A DNA stretch of 64,000 nucleotides from Abditibacteriaceae bacterium (GTDB lineage: Bacteria; Armatimonadota; Abditibacteriia; Abditibacteriales; Abditibacteriaceae): assembly GCA_965277285.1 (NCBI GenBank), contig OZ255721.1:3584001-3648000 (forward strand). Reading direction: 5' to 3'. The notes under the pieces were generated by a model. The model saw nothing but the letters and a program-made list of their open reading frames with translations, did not search any database and was not told where the DNA came from. Each line of letters starts with the position of its first letter. The first letter of the stretch is position 1. A program made the translations under genes and the position numbers. This document shows positions 29,762 to 39,417 of this stretch, in pieces.

Positions 29762-32578
29762 TTACGAGTTGACTTTGACGACAAAGGTCACACTGCCAGT
29801 GGCTTGCGGTGCCAGCGTGCCGCCGAACGTCCACTGAATGGGGCCGGTAGGCGCGCCCGCAGGAGTGGTGGGCGCTGTGATGACTGGAGCATTCAATCCC
29901 GCAGGTGGCGTACCGGCGGCAGCCGAAACGAAAGTTGTGAAGGCGGGCGTGAAATCGTTGATGACCAATCCCGTCATCGGCTTGTCGCTGCTGTTGGTAT
30001 AGACAATGGTGTAAGTGATGTTGTCGCCGGGTTTGGCGGTGGCGGAATTCACGCTTTTCACCAGAGATAATCCGGTCGCGGTCGTGACGGTCGTCACATC
30101 GGTGTTGGAAACCGTGCTACTGAGTGAGGGACTTGCGTTGGTGTAGGTGAAGACGGCGTTGACGACCGCGATGTCTTTGGCGGCATCGGGCGCGGTCGTC
30201 GGAATGTTTTCCTTGACGATGATATTGACGACTTGTCCGGCGGTGACGGTGATTTGCGTGGTCGGCGTCAAAATCGGTTCGCCTGCATCAATCACGCCAT
30301 TGCCATTGGTGTCTTCGTAAACCGTTTGCGTGAAACCGGTTCCTGTCGGCGTTTGAGTACTCGGAGTTGTCACGTTGAAGGCGACGGTGCCGCCGCTGCC
30401 CGCCGTGAAGGCGTGCTTATAGAACACCGCGTTGCCGGGCGTCGAAGTCGTCGCGTTATCGGTGAGGAAGGTGTTCAGCGGCACATCGCCGAAGTTGACG
30501 CCGCTGTAAGTGGTGCCGACGTTGTTGGTGAAAGTTGTGGTGTCAGTTGCGCGATTGTAAGTGCCGCCCGTGTTGCCGACCTGCGCGCCTGTCGAAATCG
30601 TGTTGCTGGGATTGGTTTCCACCACGTTCAATGGTTGAGCGCCAACTGTGTTGCGGATGTAGAAGGTGTAATTGCCGCTGGCGTCGGTTGTCGTGTTGGC
30701 GATGTTGGCGCCGCTGCTGGCGAAGTTGAGCGCGACCGCAACGCCGCCGACGCCCGCTTCGCCGCCATCGCGGACGCCGTTGTTGGGCGTTCCGCTGCCA
30801 ACGCCGTTATCGTCGAACACGTTGCCCGTCAGTTTGGAGCCGTGGAACAAGCCGAAGTTGTTGTTCAAACTGCTGGCGCTCGCGGCCAAGGTGACTTGGC
30901 GCGTTTCGGTGGGCGCTTCGGTTGGGATGTAGCCTGCGGGCGTGCTCGGCGTGACATCGGTCAGCGTGTTGTTGTCATCAATGATGACTTCGTAGCTGCC
31001 TGCGATAACGTTGTTGAACTGATAGGTTCCCGTACTCGGATTGACGGCGACGGCCTGCGTTGCGGTGGTGGCGGGCGTGCCGTTGACGACTGGAATCAGT
31101 TTCGCGTACTGGTTGGCGATGCCGGTTCCGCTTTCGGTGCCGTCCAATGTGCCGTTGGCGTTGGCGTCTTCGTAAACGGTGCCCGAAATTGTGCCTTGCG
31201 CGCTCAGCGTTGTGGTTTTTGTGACGTACTTCGAGAAGGTCGCGGTGCCGTTCACTTTTTTGTTCATGAACGAGACTCCGGTGATGCGCGTGGCGTCCTG
31301 CGTTGTGCTGCCCACCTTGGGCGTGACGCGCAAGATAAAGCTTTTGGTCTGGTTTGGCGTCAGGATGCCAGTGTCGAAGTGACCATCGCCATCGATGTCG
31401 GTCAGCGGGGTTCCGTTGCTGTTCAGCAGTTGAACGGTGTAAGTCGGGTTTGTATTCGACAGCGTGAAGTTGATGATGTCGTTGGTGAAAAACAAGTTCT
31501 TCACCGTGAAAGGATGATCGACAGGAACGCCGATAGAAGTAGCGAGAGTCGTATCTGGCGTGATGGTGAAGTTGCCGACGTTGGTCGTTGGCGGCTGATC
31601 GGTGAGAGGCAGGCGGCCTGTCACTCCACCGTTAGCTTCCAGAGCGACCTGGTTGGTTGGCGTCCAGTTTTGCAAGTTGAATTGCCAGACACCGGCGTCT
31701 GGCGCGCCGCCTGTTACGGTGCTCAGACCAGAAATCGTATCGCCGCCGGTGTTGGTGGTCTGTGACGTGCCATTCCACACGCCATTTTGCGATGAGGTGC
31801 CGTTGATCGTCGTGCCCGATGGTCGTGTGTAGACCATGCGGTTGCTGGCTGTCACGCCGGGCGAAATGGAACCCGCATCGTAGTCGAAGTTGCGCAGGTA
31901 AAGGCTGGTTTCGCCGGGGCCGACCAGAAAGTAAAAGTTCGCGTTGATGTTGCTCGCATTGGAATGCTGATACGTCGTCTGCAACGAGCCAATGAAGATG
32001 TTGTTTCCGGGAATTCTCAACTGGTACGAGTTGTCATCGTTATCTTCGTCGGTGCCGACGCGCGCGCCATAAACGGGAATGCTACCGTCCACCGCCGTCA
32101 ACTGGTAAGCACCCGGCGCCGTAATGTTGAAAGTAACTGTCGTGCCATTGGGCGAACCGGAAGGGACGATTTGATCGCCCAGGAGCGTGCCCGTCGGGCT
32201 GTACAAACGATAGCGCGTGGGATCGCCAGCGCCGCTGACTTCATCAACTGCGGTGCCAGGGCCATTGGTGCTTTCGGCGTCCAGTACGTCCACATGCGCC
32301 GTACCGCCTGCCGCATCAATTTCCGCCTGCGTCACATCAATGATAAAACGGTGAACGCGGTCGGTGCTACTGGTTCCGCTCGATGTATACCAGTCGCCGA
32401 TGGTGGGGGGACGATCCTGCCCACTGGTTTGCAGATAAAAATTATTGGCGGGAAAAGTGACGGCGCGTGCCGCAGACATCCAACTGGCGCCCGTTGACCA
32501 AACCGCGAGCATCAACAACGTCATCAGGCGAAATGTCGTTTTGCGGCTGAACTCCCATTTTCTTTCTTGAAATCGCAT
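29762..32578 (-). CDS. Secreted SdrD-B/DUF11 surface protein (putative adhesin or tip subunit)
   Basis: Signal peptide; ISGTVYEDANANG SdrD-B repeats; C-terminal LVKSVNSATAKPGDNITYTIVYTN DUF11. Confidence 0.82.
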   Translation of the reverse strand: MRFQERKWEFSRKTTFRLMTLLMLAVWSTGASWMSAARAVTFPANNFYLQTSGQDRPPTIGDWYTSSGTSSTDRVHRFIIDVTQAEIDAAGGTAHVDVLDAESTNGPGTAVDEVSGAGDPTRYRLYSPTGTLLGDQIVPSGSPNGTTVTFNITAPGAYQLTAVDGSIPVYGARVGTDEDNDDNSYQLRIPGNNIFIGSLQTTYQHSNASNINANFYFLVGPGETSLYLRNFDYDAGSISPGVTASNRMVYTRPSGTTINGTSSQNGVWNGTSQTTNTGGDTISGLSTVTGGAPDAGVWQFNLQNWTPTNQVALEANGGVTGRLPLTDQPPTTNVGNFTITPDTTLATSIGVPVDHPFTVKNLFFTNDIINFTLSNTNPTYTVQLLNSNGTPLTDIDGDGHFDTGILTPNQTKSFILRVTPKVGSTTQDATRITGVSFMNKKVNGTATFSKYVTKTTTLSAQGTISGTVYEDANANGTLDGTESGTGIANQYAKLIPVVNGTPATTATQAVAVNPSTGTYQFNNVIAGSYEVIIDDNNTLTDVTPSTPAGYIPTEAPTETRQVTLAASASSLNNNFGLFHGSKLTGNVFDDNGVGSGTPNNGVRDGGEAGVGGVAVALNFASSGANIANTTTDASGNYTFYIRNTVGAQPLNVVETNPSNTISTGAQVGNTGGTYNRATDTTTFTNNVGTTYSGVNFGDVPLNTFLTDNATTSTPGNAVFYKHAFTAGSGGTVAFNVTTPSTQTPTGTGFTQTVYEDTNGNGVIDAGEPILTPTTQITVTAGQVVNIIVKENIPTTAPDAAKDIAVVNAVFTYTNASPSLSSTVSNTDVTTVTTATGLSLVKSVNSATAKPGDNITYTIVYTNSSDKPMTGLVINDFTPAFTTFVSAAAGTPPAGLNAPVITAPTTPAGAPTGPIQWTFGGTLAPQATGSVTFVVKVNS

Positions 32579-32649
32579 TCTGAAATCCTCTATGATGGCT
32601 TAAGGAATAACACCTTAAAAGGCGCACAGCGCCGTATCGGGAGCGATGA

Positions 32650-32680
32650 ATCAGGCAATCGAGTACTCGAATTGCCTGAT
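32650..32680. terminator. Hairpin centred on the palindrome, inside the DUF11 operon
   Basis: ATCAGGCAAT-CGAGTACTCGA-ATTGCCTGAT. Confidence 0.55.
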
Positions 32681-32693
32681 ACATCTTCAACGC

Positions 32694-35600
32694 TTACTCG
32701 TTCTGATTCAACTGGCCAGGCGCCGCACCAAAGAGGCCGGAGCCAGGAACCAGCACTGGTGCAACTCCGGGCGCTGTAATTGGCGTGAAGCCCAGTGAGT
32801 TGTCAATCGTAGCGGGCTGCTTGCCTTCGAGTCCGCGGAACAAGTGCTCATCGAACTTGAAGCGTAGCCGCATGTACAAGCCGCGTTTGGTGAAAGTTTC
32901 TTCGGCCAGGTCGGGGTCGCGGTAGCCGACGATGTTGTAGCCCACGCTGAGCAACATATTGCGCTGCAGCACATAACCCAACTCGGCGCCCAAACCGTAT
33001 TGATGACCGCCCGCGCCGCGGCTCCACAAGGTGCTGCCCAGCAACGTCAGGTCGAACTTGCGATTCAAGTCGCGCGTGACGCGTCCCGAAAGCAGTTGCG
33101 CGTTGCTGCTGCCGCTCAAGCCGTTCGAGTCGTCGTTCGCCTTTTTCCAGGCGTAGTGCAGGCTGAACTGTGTGGCCGCCGCGGGTTGATAATTCAAGTC
33201 GCCGGACACGATGTTGACGACGCGGCGCGTGTTCGGAAAGAGCGTTGTATCGGTCGAGTAATTGTTGTTCAAGTCGTAGCGATATTCGTATTTGAGCAGG
33301 GCGCTGAACTTGTCGATGTCGGTCTGGCGATAAGCTAAGCCGATCTGGAAGCGATCTTGTACGCGATCCGGCGAGCCATTGGTGCGCGTGCTGGTGTAAA
33401 GGTTGCGCGTCAAAAACGTCAGGTCGCGCCCCGGTTTGTAAGCCACGCCGAACGAGTTGAGCAAACCGTGCGTGTTTTGTCCGGTGCGCGCTTCCACGCG
33501 AGCCGTCGCTTTGAGGTTTTCTTTGGCCAGATATTCGATGCCAACTCCAGCAGCCGTCGAATCGCCGTTATTGCCTGCCGTCAACGATGTGCCGCCAACC
33601 GTGCGAACGCGTTCCAGCGACGTGTTGAGGCGAAGTCCCGGACCCAGATTCCACAGGTTGCGCAAGCCAAAAGCCGCTTCCGCCGAGCGTCCGTCGATGC
33701 CGTCGCCGATGCGATATTCGCTGTAAACGCGGCCATTTTTCATGTAGTCGCTTTCGATGCCGAAGCGAGTGTTGTAAGAACGCTGCGTTTCGTTGAGCGC
33801 ATACAGGCCGCCCAGCGAATCCAAGAACTCGTGCACCGCATACAAGCGCGTGCGGTTCGACAGTTGATATTCGCCGCCCAGCGCGAAGGATTTCTGACCG
33901 CCCGAAAGTTCCTGTTCGTAGCGACTGAACAGGCTGGCGCGCGGCGTGATCTGCGCCGTCACGCGAGCGAACAGGCTGGTGAAGCTGCGGTTGTCGTTGG
34001 CCAAAGTTCCGGTTCCGGAAGCAGGCGTAGTTCCCGTCACAGGATCGGGCACAGCGTCCGTATTGCCGCTCGAGTAGCGCACGCCGCCCTGCAAACGGAA
34101 GGTTTTGTTCAACGCGGTTTCCACGCTGAGTTGCGCGCCTGTGAGTTTTTGGCCGGTCGTGTCGTCCTTGGTTTGAATCGCTTCGCCCAGCAAGCGCGTT
34201 TGCTTCGACAACTGATAAGTCCCGCTGGCGCTGAGTTCGCTGCGACCCTGGGTGAGCGTCGATTCGGGATTGTCGAAACCTTTTGTCGTATGACCGGCGA
34301 ACAAGCGCGCTTGAAACTTGGCGCTGTTGTGCAGCAATTCCAAACGATAGCCGCTGCCGCTATGCTGTCCCGAGAACAATCCGCTTGTCGTGTCCAATCC
34401 AGTACTCGAACTGCCGGTGCGGTCGGTGCGCGCCCATTCGCCGATCAAAATCGTGTCCGCCGAAAGGCGTGCGACGGCGCTCAATCCCATGACTGTGGCC
34501 GGTTGCTGCGGATCATCAGCGCGATTATAGGAGCCACCGATTTGCAGGTTTTTCGTCACTTTGAACTGGCCGGTGACGCCGTAAGTGTTGAACTTGGGGC
34601 CGCCCGTATCGACTTCGTAGGTGATGCGCACGAAAACCGGATTGAGGTCGGCGTCGGTGCTGGGAATCGGGTGGTTGAAAATCAAGCCGTTGCTCAGGCT
34701 GTCGATTTCGTAATCCTGAAAGCGAATTTGCGGCGTGGTGCTGAGAATGACTGAAGGCTGATTGCGGTCGCGCACGATGATTTCGACGGTTTCGCTTTGC
34801 AGGCGCACATCGAAGTTGCCCAGCGAATACGGCCCCGCGATGCCCAAACCGCGCAACTCCGTCACTTCCTGGCGCGAATTATCGTGCGCCTGATACGCCG
34901 TGAACGAAGAACGCTCGGTTTCGTGGTGAACCTGGAAACCGTTCAACGCGCGACTGTAGCGGCTCAACGAGTTCAGTTGATCAAGCGAAGTCGTGGTGTA
35001 ATCGCCGTAGAGGATATACGACTGATTGCGGTCAACGCGCACATAAAGGCGGCTGGTCGATTGTGCATCGAAACCCTTGACCGAAGAATCGCCGTAAACG
35101 GGATAATATTCGTCCGGCTGAATGTCGCGGAACAAGCGCGCGCCCGAATCCTGCTGCGAATCGTAGCGCAAGGTCAGCAGGTATTTGCCCAGAATCTGGC
35201 CTTTCAGGAAAAGAGCGGCGCGTCCATCAACGCTCGTTTTTGAATTGAAGTTTCCGCTCAGCGATTGCAGATCGTCGTCGAAGAGGCTGGAACTCGGAAT
35301 CGATTGCGCGCTTTTCGGCGTGAAGCCGAACAAGTTGACGCGCACATCGGCGACGCCCGAACCCAGCAAAGGCCGCAGTTCCGGCACGAACACTAAACGC
35401 TCGGTGTCTTCCAGCAGGCCGCTTGTGGCGCGCACCAGAACTTGTCCGGGTTGTAACGGCGCCAGCAAATTGAAGGTCGCTTCGCCGCCTTCGATGAAGA
35501 CTTGAACGCCAGGTTCGGTCGGATTGAGGTCAACTGCTTGCCACTGACCGGCAGTCGATTCCAGCGTGATCGGCGTGCGCGCCGTTACTTTAACGCCCTT

Positions 35601-38600
35601 GTCGTCGGTCAAAATCACTTTGATTTGAACCAGGCTGCGGCCATCGGCGGGCGTGTTGCGCAAGGGAACGAGTACTCGAAGATGTCCCAAATCGCCAGGC
35701 GCCACGATTGTGATCGTCTGCGTGCCGCGAGCGTTGCCGAAGCTATCAGTTTGCGTCAGTTCGAGCGTGTTGTTGCCCGACTTCAAGCGCACGCCAATAT
35801 ATTCCCAGGCTTGCACGCCTTTGGAGGCGAGCACGCTTTTGGTTCCCACGCGGCTCTCGGAAATCGATTCGCCGTTCACTTTCAAGACGAACTTGCTGCT
35901 CGCCGCGCCCTTGACGCGAATGTTGATCTGATCGCTGGGCAAGGTGTCTTTATCTTTCAAGTCGATGAAGCCCAAATCCGGCGTCAGGGTCGGCAGTAGG
36001 TCTTCGATTTCCGTGTCTTTGTCTTCCGACAACGCACCCGCGACATCCGAACTTTGCGTGGTGCTTTGCGGCGGCGAAGCCTGACCATCCAGCGGTCCGC
36101 TGAGCGCCGAACGCGCTGGTGTTGTCGAATCATCTAAAGAAGGAATGGCACCGCGCGCGTTCAGGCTGGTGCCGGTCGCGCCGGGAGCCGAAATGCCGCC
36201 CAGTCCGCTGGTGAAGTTCGTGCCGTTGAAGCTGCCCGCGTTCGGGCTGCTGACGCCTGGAATGTCGAGCGTTGGCGCATTGGCCGTCGAAGTGCTGCCG
36301 ATGATGCCGCTGGCCGGGAGGCTGCGTCCGTCGGTCGGCGTGGCGCTATCGGTCGCCGGAGCGAGCACGGTGCGCGCGCCCTGTTCGGCTTCCGTCAGAT
36401 TTGCGGCGCTGATTTTACGACGCTCCGCGATTTCTTTGAGCATCGCGTCGGTCGGGTCAACGATAGCGAAGTTGGCTTTGTGCATTTCGCCGCTTTTCAG
36501 GTCGGCCAGAACGCTGCCCGCGTCGTCCAGGTTGCGGTTGGTCAAGAGTTCAAGTTGCGCGTCTTTGGGCAACGTGGTGATGTCCAGCTTGACGTTATGC
36601 GTCGTCGCGCTCAATCCATACATCGAATATTTGCCTTCGCTGTCGGTGATGGCGAAGGTGCCGTCTTCCAGGTAAATGCGCACGCCCGGGATGCCGACTT
36701 CGGCGTTATCGAGTACTCGATTGTGGTTGGTATCGACGTAAACGCGTCCGAAGATGATGCCGCGCGAAGTGAAGACGCCGCCCTGCACCGTGACAATCGC
36801 GCTCGCCACGTTGGAAGAGGAAGTTCCAATCGGCGTGACGCCCGTCCAGTGCGCGTGATTTCGGTTGTCTCCGCGCGCCGCGTTAACGCCGATGCGCACA
36901 CGATAAGTGATCGTAATCTGCTGATTCGCCGTCAGGTTGGGCAGCGTGAAAACCAGGTTCGGGCCGGGCGTTCCAGTCGGATCGGCTTCTTTGGTTCCGT
37001 TATAACGCACGCTGCCCGGCACCAGGGAAAAGGCGTGTGGCAGCGAATCGTACAGGCGAACCTGGCTCATATAAGTGCCGCTGTTGTTGCGGATGGAGAT
37101 GCTATAATCCACGAAATCGCCCAGATCGGCGGTGCTCACGGACGCCACTTTCTCGATGAACAAGCCCGAAGGCGGCGGCCCATCCAGCGGCACATCGAAC
37201 TGCACCGAGCCACCGTTGCCCAGCGTGAAAGTTCCGCCATACGAGCCGGACGCATCAATGACGCGCGACGGCGGCAACAAGGCGGGCGGCACAACCGACG
37301 GGAACTTATAGCCCGCGGGCGGCGTGATTTTCAATTCGTAAACGCCGGGCGCGACTTGGGGAAACTGGAACGAACCATCGGCGCCCGTCACAACCGTGCT
37401 GGGCGCGGGTGTCACGCCATCGAACTGATAAACGGTGGCCGGAGCGCCTGCATGTCCGCCGTTGCTGGTGCCGTTTACGTCGATCAAGGTTACGGTCGCG
37501 CCCGCGATTGGCGCATTGGTGCGGCTGTCGAAGACGATGCCGAACGGGTCAACCGCGATTTTGGTGGTCGCCGTGGCGCCGTTGCAATCGGTCATCGTCG
37601 CGGTCAGCACATCGTCGGGGCGCGTTTGCAAAATGCCATCGTTCGGGTCGGCGCTGTTGCCGTTGGTCGGAATCGGGCCAGTGCGGAAAATTCCTGTATT
37701 GGGGCCGGTTTCCGTCGCTGTGACTTGCAACGTGTCGCCGGTTAAAGCCGAGCGGATCAGGATCGTGATGGTTTCAATTTTTGTCGGGTCTTGATTGCAA
37801 GCGCCCGCCGTGGCCTGCAAAAAGAGCGGCTGACCGACGCCCGTCGCCGTAGCGATGCGTGTGAAGGTGCCGTCGGTGTAATAAGTCAGGACAGGCGGTG
37901 TGGTCGGCAGGCCAACAACTGTCGGGTTGGAAGGCGTCAAAACGGTGCCCGTAGTCGTGCCTGTCGAGTACTCGAGAACCGCTGTATTGGTGATTTCGGC
38001 GCCGCCCTGCGTGACTTGAACCGTCATCGTCAACTGCGACGAAGAACGCGCTCCGGCCAGACTGGTGAAGCCGTAGCCAATTGCATCAATGGATGTAGCA
38101 GGCGTGGGCGGAACAGAAACGTAGGTATCGGATGGGTCGCCAACGCGATGATAAAGGCGAATGCCTTGACCGGGATCACTCAGGCTTTGGAAAACCGTGT
38201 TAGCCGGAATCTGGTCGCGTAGCACGATCAAGTTTTGCGATGCGCCATCGACAATGACCGAAATCGGCGACGGCGCAACCGAACCGTAACTTGTCGTCGT
38301 CAGCGTGTAAGTGATGCTTTGCCCGACTGTGGCTTGCTGCGGCTGCGCGCTTTTAAGGACTCGAACCGCCACACCGGACGCGATTTGAACTGTATCGGTA
38401 TTGACGGCGGAAATGTTCTGCGTGCCGCTGGTCGCGGTGATTTGAACGTGCGAGGTTTGTCCCGACAACGCTGTACTTGGCGTGGTGCCGACGATGACCA
38501 GATCGACTGATTCGCCGGGCGCGAGCGTAATGACTGTGGTTGGCGTAATTTGCGGCTCGCCCAGGTCGTATTGACCGTTGCCGTTGACATCGCGGTACAA

Positions 38601-39008
38601 GGTCTCGTTTTGCAGATCGAAGTTGTTGCCGCTCGGGTTCGCCAGAGTCAGCGTGTAGTTGGTCGTCACGTTGCCGGTATTGGTCAGGCGATGCGGCAAG
38701 TCGACCGATGCACCAGGCGCGGTTTGCTGCGTGTTATCGGTGGTTAAGGTGAGAGATTCCTGTGCCTGCACTAAAACGCTGACCGTATTGGAATCCAAGC
38801 GCACCGGCTGATTGTTCAAGTCGAATGTTACGTTCGCCTGGTTGTCAATCGACGTTCCCGCGAGTGGCGCCTGCGACATCGTGGTTTGTGCGCGTCCTGG
38901 AGCAATTGTTCCGCACAGCGTGCCGAGCATCATCGCACAGGCGATGAAGGCGCACGAACCGAAGGTGGAGCGGGAACGAAGTGTTGAAAAAAGTCCAGAC
39001 TGTCTCAT
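32694..39008 (-). CDS. Approximately 2100-aa DUF11/SdrD-B protein with a probable C-terminal outer-membrane beta-barrel
   Basis: AGGAG RBS; DUF11 repeats; GRVYVD.N..GIPGVRIYLEDG; YYPVYGDSS; amphipathic strands ending GYNIVGYRD..GLYMRLRFKFDE. Confidence 0.85.
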   Translation of the reverse strand: MRQSGLFSTLRSRSTFGSCAFIACAMMLGTLCGTIAPGRAQTTMSQAPLAGTSIDNQANVTFDLNNQPVRLDSNTVSVLVQAQESLTLTTDNTQQTAPGASVDLPHRLTNTGNVTTNYTLTLANPSGNNFDLQNETLYRDVNGNGQYDLGEPQITPTTVITLAPGESVDLVIVGTTPSTALSGQTSHVQITATSGTQNISAVNTDTVQIASGVAVRVLKSAQPQQATVGQSITYTLTTTSYGSVAPSPISVIVDGASQNLIVLRDQIPANTVFQSLSDPGQGIRLYHRVGDPSDTYVSVPPTPATSIDAIGYGFTSLAGARSSSQLTMTVQVTQGGAEITNTAVLEYSTGTTTGTVLTPSNPTVVGLPTTPPVLTYYTDGTFTRIATATGVGQPLFLQATAGACNQDPTKIETITILIRSALTGDTLQVTATETGPNTGIFRTGPIPTNGNSADPNDGILQTRPDDVLTATMTDCNGATATTKIAVDPFGIVFDSRTNAPIAGATVTLIDVNGTSNGGHAGAPATVYQFDGVTPAPSTVVTGADGSFQFPQVAPGVYELKITPPAGYKFPSVVPPALLPPSRVIDASGSYGGTFTLGNGGSVQFDVPLDGPPPSGLFIEKVASVSTADLGDFVDYSISIRNNSGTYMSQVRLYDSLPHAFSLVPGSVRYNGTKEADPTGTPGPNLVFTLPNLTANQQITITYRVRIGVNAARGDNRNHAHWTGVTPIGTSSSNVASAIVTVQGGVFTSRGIIFGRVYVDTNHNRVLDNAEVGIPGVRIYLEDGTFAITDSEGKYSMYGLSATTHNVKLDITTLPKDAQLELLTNRNLDDAGSVLADLKSGEMHKANFAIVDPTDAMLKEIAERRKISAANLTEAEQGARTVLAPATDSATPTDGRSLPASGIIGSTSTANAPTLDIPGVSSPNAGSFNGTNFTSGLGGISAPGATGTSLNARGAIPSLDDSTTPARSALSGPLDGQASPPQSTTQSSDVAGALSEDKDTEIEDLLPTLTPDLGFIDLKDKDTLPSDQINIRVKGAASSKFVLKVNGESISESRVGTKSVLASKGVQAWEYIGVRLKSGNNTLELTQTDSFGNARGTQTITIVAPGDLGHLRVLVPLRNTPADGRSLVQIKVILTDDKGVKVTARTPITLESTAGQWQAVDLNPTEPGVQVFIEGGEATFNLLAPLQPGQVLVRATSGLLEDTERLVFVPELRPLLGSGVADVRVNLFGFTPKSAQSIPSSSLFDDDLQSLSGNFNSKTSVDGRAALFLKGQILGKYLLTLRYDSQQDSGARLFRDIQPDEYYPVYGDSSVKGFDAQSTSRLYVRVDRNQSYILYGDYTTTSLDQLNSLSRYSRALNGFQVHHETERSSFTAYQAHDNSRQEVTELRGLGIAGPYSLGNFDVRLQSETVEIIVRDRNQPSVILSTTPQIRFQDYEIDSLSNGLIFNHPIPSTDADLNPVFVRITYEVDTGGPKFNTYGVTGQFKVTKNLQIGGSYNRADDPQQPATVMGLSAVARLSADTILIGEWARTDRTGSSSTGLDTTSGLFSGQHSGSGYRLELLHNSAKFQARLFAGHTTKGFDNPESTLTQGRSELSASGTYQLSKQTRLLGEAIQTKDDTTGQKLTGAQLSVETALNKTFRLQGGVRYSSGNTDAVPDPVTGTTPASGTGTLANDNRSFTSLFARVTAQITPRASLFSRYEQELSGGQKSFALGGEYQLSNRTRLYAVHEFLDSLGGLYALNETQRSYNTRFGIESDYMKNGRVYSEYRIGDGIDGRSAEAAFGLRNLWNLGPGLRLNTSLERVRTVGGTSLTAGNNGDSTAAGVGIEYLAKENLKATARVEARTGQNTHGLLNSFGVAYKPGRDLTFLTRNLYTSTRTNGSPDRVQDRFQIGLAYRQTDIDKFSALLKYEYRYDLNNNYSTDTTLFPNTRRVVNIVSGDLNYQPAAATQFSLHYAWKKANDDSNGLSGSSNAQLLSGRVTRDLNRKFDLTLLGSTLWSRGAGGHQYGLGAELGYVLQRNMLLSVGYNIVGYRDPDLAEETFTKRGLYMRLRFKFDEHLFRGLEGKQPATIDNSLGFTPITAPGVAPVLVPGSGLFGAAPGQLNQNE

Positions 39009-39365
39009 GCATTCTCCTGAAAAATTGCGACAAAATGCGGGGTAGGCCCGCGAAAAACTGCGTTTCCAACGTTGTGGCAACAGCTTTCTAACAACAGAGT
39101 GGCCAACATCGACATGGTGATAACAACTTTATGACAACGGCGATAAAACAACGAAAATCTTTAATTAACGGCTTGAGCGAACAATAAAACGGCGTTTCGA
39201 GTACTCGATAATCGGCAAGGGCAATAAAAAGTTTTGATAAGGAACGTCAGTTGATTTATGGTTCGGCAATATGGATTAAAACTTCGATTTGAAAATCCGC
39301 TTTCCGCAAAATGAAAGCTGCGGAAAGCGGATTTTTCTCCGTCGGTCGTGCGCAAGTTGGAAGAT

Positions 39366-39401
39366 TTTGGCGCTGCGACTTTGAAAAGCCGCAGCGCCAA
39401 A
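39366..39401 (-). terminator. Hairpin after the 879-aa DUF11 gene (second hairpin at about 39291-39335)
   Basis: TTTGGCGCTGCG..CGCAGCGCCAAA; AAAATCCGCTTTCCGCA..TGCGGAAAGCGGATTTT. Confidence 0.5.
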
Positions 39402-39417
39402 CCTTTAGTTCAGGCTG